Shown here: positions 61,066 through 64,000 of the stretch, in pieces | Layout: every line of letters begins with the position of its first letter | Position numbering within the stretch: the stretch's first letter is position 1 | NCBI GenBank assembly: GCA_032718475.1 | Contig: JAUCBJ010008264.1 | Coordinates: 40,136 to 104,135, forward strand | Reading direction: 5' to 3' | Length of the DNA stretch: 64,000 nucleotides | DNA from: Nemertoderma westbladi | Taxonomy: Eukaryota > Animalia > Xenacoelomorpha | Program-made: the position numbers and the translations under genes | The notes under the pieces: generated by a model | Databases searched by the model: none | Told to the model about the DNA's origin: nothing | Seen by the model: the letters and a program-made list of their open reading frames with translations, nothing else

Positions 61066-64000
61066 TGTTGGGGATACGAGATTACCAATATTAATCTCGT
61101 CTCATAACCAACATTGGGGGGGGGGGGGGGCGACACAAGCCCCAAAGCCACAGAGAGCGGTGAAAGGTCAAACCACCTCGGAGGGAATACAGCTAGTAGA
61201 GGCTAGCAGCGGGGGGAAACACTTACAGGGAGTGCCAAAGTGACAATTAGTATATAAGCCAATAGTGGGGAGGGAAACACGTGATTAGAGATAGGAAAGC
61301 ATCAATTGGGTACAGAGGGCCAAAGTACAGTAAGAGGTGAAATCAATATTCATGTGTGTTAATCATATATTATCTTACATTACTGATTTACCGGTCAGTT
61401 GAGTTATTCAGTCAGTGCAGACCGGTCATAGTTAATGACCGTCACCGCCATTAACTGCAATTAATCTGTATTTTTCTGCTATATCCATGTTATCGCTACA
61501 TCGTCTATATTAATCAATATTGAGAAACAACAGAAACTCTCATTGTTTTCCCCAACGGCCTTCGGCCAAAGCAAGTAGCACGACTGCCCAGCAGAATGGT
61601 GACGAGTACATTTCTAACCCGGTCGGGATCTCCGATCCAGTCACAGTCATTAACTTCCGAGTTTAACTGCCAAAAAACTGTGACTGCTAAGAGAAAGAAA
61701 GATGGCGGAACAAGGGACGCCCCAACTATCATCAGAGGGAGAGAGGACGCCGCTGCGATGCGACGGTATCGGCCAGCGATGCCGGATTCGCCGACGAGGG
61801 ACGATCCGGTAGCCCAAGCGGAGGGCGGCCGTCAACTAGGGAGGAGAGAGGGAGACGAGTCGACGCACGATGGCAGGCGGAGTACCGAAGTCGCCAGCCA
61901 GCCACAGGCCGAGGGCGACAGACGGCCCACCGGAATGGCGATGGTGGGACCGCCGGTACGACGCCGGATGAGGAGAGGAGGCGAAGTCGGCGAAGAGGAC
62001 GTTGGGACGAGTGATCAGCTACGACGGGCCTACAACGCCACCAAGAAACTTCTTAAGGAGACCAAGGAAGGGAGAAAGGTAGACCAGCCTAAACTATACC
62101 AGAGGCTAGGTGAGTCAAATAAACACTTTCGCTATTTAGTCCGTTTTGGACAGTGAGAGCTGGCGAGTGAGAGAGCGAGGGGCGTTGCCACCGAACTGTT
62201 TGAATTGTGGCGATCCGGGGTAATGGAGCCAGATGTAGTGTACGTAGGGCCTTACTTAGTGGGTGGATGCTAGGGGAATTAAGTTAGTGGGTTGGGCGGA
62301 CCCGCACGACGGCGAACCCGAGGTTAACCCCGAGGATTCAGTGTCGTCGGTTAGCGAGAATCCCAGAAAATGGGGAAAAGTTAGTAGGACGGAGAGGCGA
62401 CGGGAGTCAGTTGCGAGTGAACAGTCCGCTACATCCTCCGCAAAAGCAAGAAGGGTGTTAGAGATAGATCTGGGGTGTCAACTAGATATCATGGCGTTGG
62501 ACCAGAAAGAGTTAGAGAGGCAATTGGATGAGGGAACCACGTTATTGGAGAAAGAGAGAGAGTTAGGAGAGAGAATAAAGAGAGGGCCGAGAGGGTGGCG
62601 AGAAACTATAGGGAGCAGGAGGAGAGAGAAGTAAAGGAGCGTGAGGAGCGAGAAGCGAAAGAGGCAGCGAGGGTAGAGAGGGAAATGAACAAATGTAGAG
62701 AGCGGGAGGCGAGAGTAGAGAATGAGCGCAAGGAGCGGGATGCGAGAGTAGAGAACGAGCGCAAGGAGCAAGAGGCGAAAGTAGAGAGCGAGCGCAAGGA
62801 GCGAGAGGTGAGAGAGACGAGCGAGCGCAAGGAGCGTGAGGCGAGGAGGCTAGAGAGGATTGCGAGAGAGGCAGAGTTGGCCGACCAAGGTTTGTGAGAG
62901 GATAGAGAGAGAGAGAGAGCAGGAAAGTGTATGCGGGATGATATGCATACCTGGTTGAGGGGGCTTATGCAATACCAGGCGAAGCAAAAGCGCCGGTTAG
63001 AACTGGCAAAGTTGGGATTATCTGAGAGTGAGGCTGGTTCGGGTAGTATTTACGAGGAGCCAGAAGTAATGGAAACATTTGTTAATACCCCAGTTACAGG
63101 CACCGGACGACAGACCCAGGACTGGTGTAACCGTACAGGTGGGGGGGGGGGGGGAGGGGGGTGGGGGGGGGGGCTAATAATAATAATATGTTAGAGGGGC
63201 GCTAATATTAATAGTACCGTAATAGACAACCCTCATCAAACTTTTGTTGCAGAAAATAATATTTGCCCGGTAGTAATAATTCTGATTTAAATGTGCAAAA
63301 TAATCCAAATAATAATAATTCTAATTTAAATTTACAAAATAATCCAAATAATAATAATTCTAATTTAAATGTACAAAATAATTCAAAATAATAACCCTGA
63401 TTCCGAACAAAATAATTTAAATAATTTGAATAATTTAGATAACAATATCGCGTTAGATAATAATCCTGAGGAAATTAATCAAATAATATTATTAATAACA
63501 GTGCAATTAATACGAACATGGGGGAGACAGGTGGTCTGACCAGCGAGAGCCTGCAAGGCCACGTAGTTAGGCAGGGAGTAGCGGGGATGAGTCAACCCAA
63601 CGGGAGCCTGCAAGGCCACGTAGTTAGGCAAGGAGTAAGCGGGGTGAGTCAACCCAATGGGAGCCTGCAAGGCCACGTAGTTACGCAGGGAGTAGTGGGG
63701 GTGAGTCAACCCGACGGGAGCCTGCAAGGCCACGCAGTCGCACAGGGAGAGGCGAGGGTGAGTAGACCCAGCCGGAGTAGAGATAGTGCGTCGACTAGAG
63801 AGGGGCGTAGAAGCGAAGTAGGAGGTAGTGAAGTAAGAGGTGGCGAATGGGGGGGGGGGCACGGGCACCCCACCATGAAAGATTAGTGGTGAGAGGGGGG
63901 GGGGATGTCCCACAAGCGTCGGCGGACAAGCGGGGCGAGCTAGGTGAACCGCGGCACCCAATGACGGAGAATAATAGGGGGGTTGCGAGTATCACCAGGA
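61066..64000 (+). mobile_element. Unclassified retroelement-like family, copy B: candidate 5' LTR 61066-61593, PBS and decayed gag-like ORF; continues past the window
   Basis: TGTTGGG...CCCAGCA ends followed by TGGTGACGAG (close to the tRNA-Ser-type PBS TGGCGACGAG). ORF pieces are homologous to 48570-50297, with a premature TGA at 62154 and frameshifts. Four 57-bp repeats encode SLQGHVVRQG.... Confidence 0.7.

Overview
This is AT-rich eukaryotic genomic DNA, probably from a marine invertebrate (short GT-AG introns, many long G/C homopolymers, dense transposon nesting). 1-13.1 kb is a C-rich 23-bp satellite with interspersed 37-bp blocks. It starts about 10 nt after a splice donor of a minus-strand gene, so it looks intronic rather than telomeric. 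Next come a two-exon C2H2 zinc-finger gene (15.8-18.3 kb) and a three-level nest (old TIR element > LINE > young Ty3/Gypsy with a deleted 5' end, 19.5-27.7 kb). After several MITEs lies a disrupted, intron-containing zinc-finger/DEDDy 3'-5' exonuclease-like gene (33-36.5 kb). Its main intron holds an array of covarying GAAA-capped hairpins, the most unusual signal here. The rest holds a piggyBac-type MITE, a probable GPI-anchored orphan protein and a BEL/Pao polyprotein truncated with templated inversions. It also holds two diverged copies of an unclassified retroelement-like family with a gag-like ORF broken at a poly-G tract, foldback MITEs and a 543-aa coiled-coil/repeat orphan ORF. Comparing repeat copies shows recurrent TA>TACCGGTA, TAGGCCTA and TACAGTA insertions that resemble transposon excision footprints. 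All calls were made by eye without database searches.
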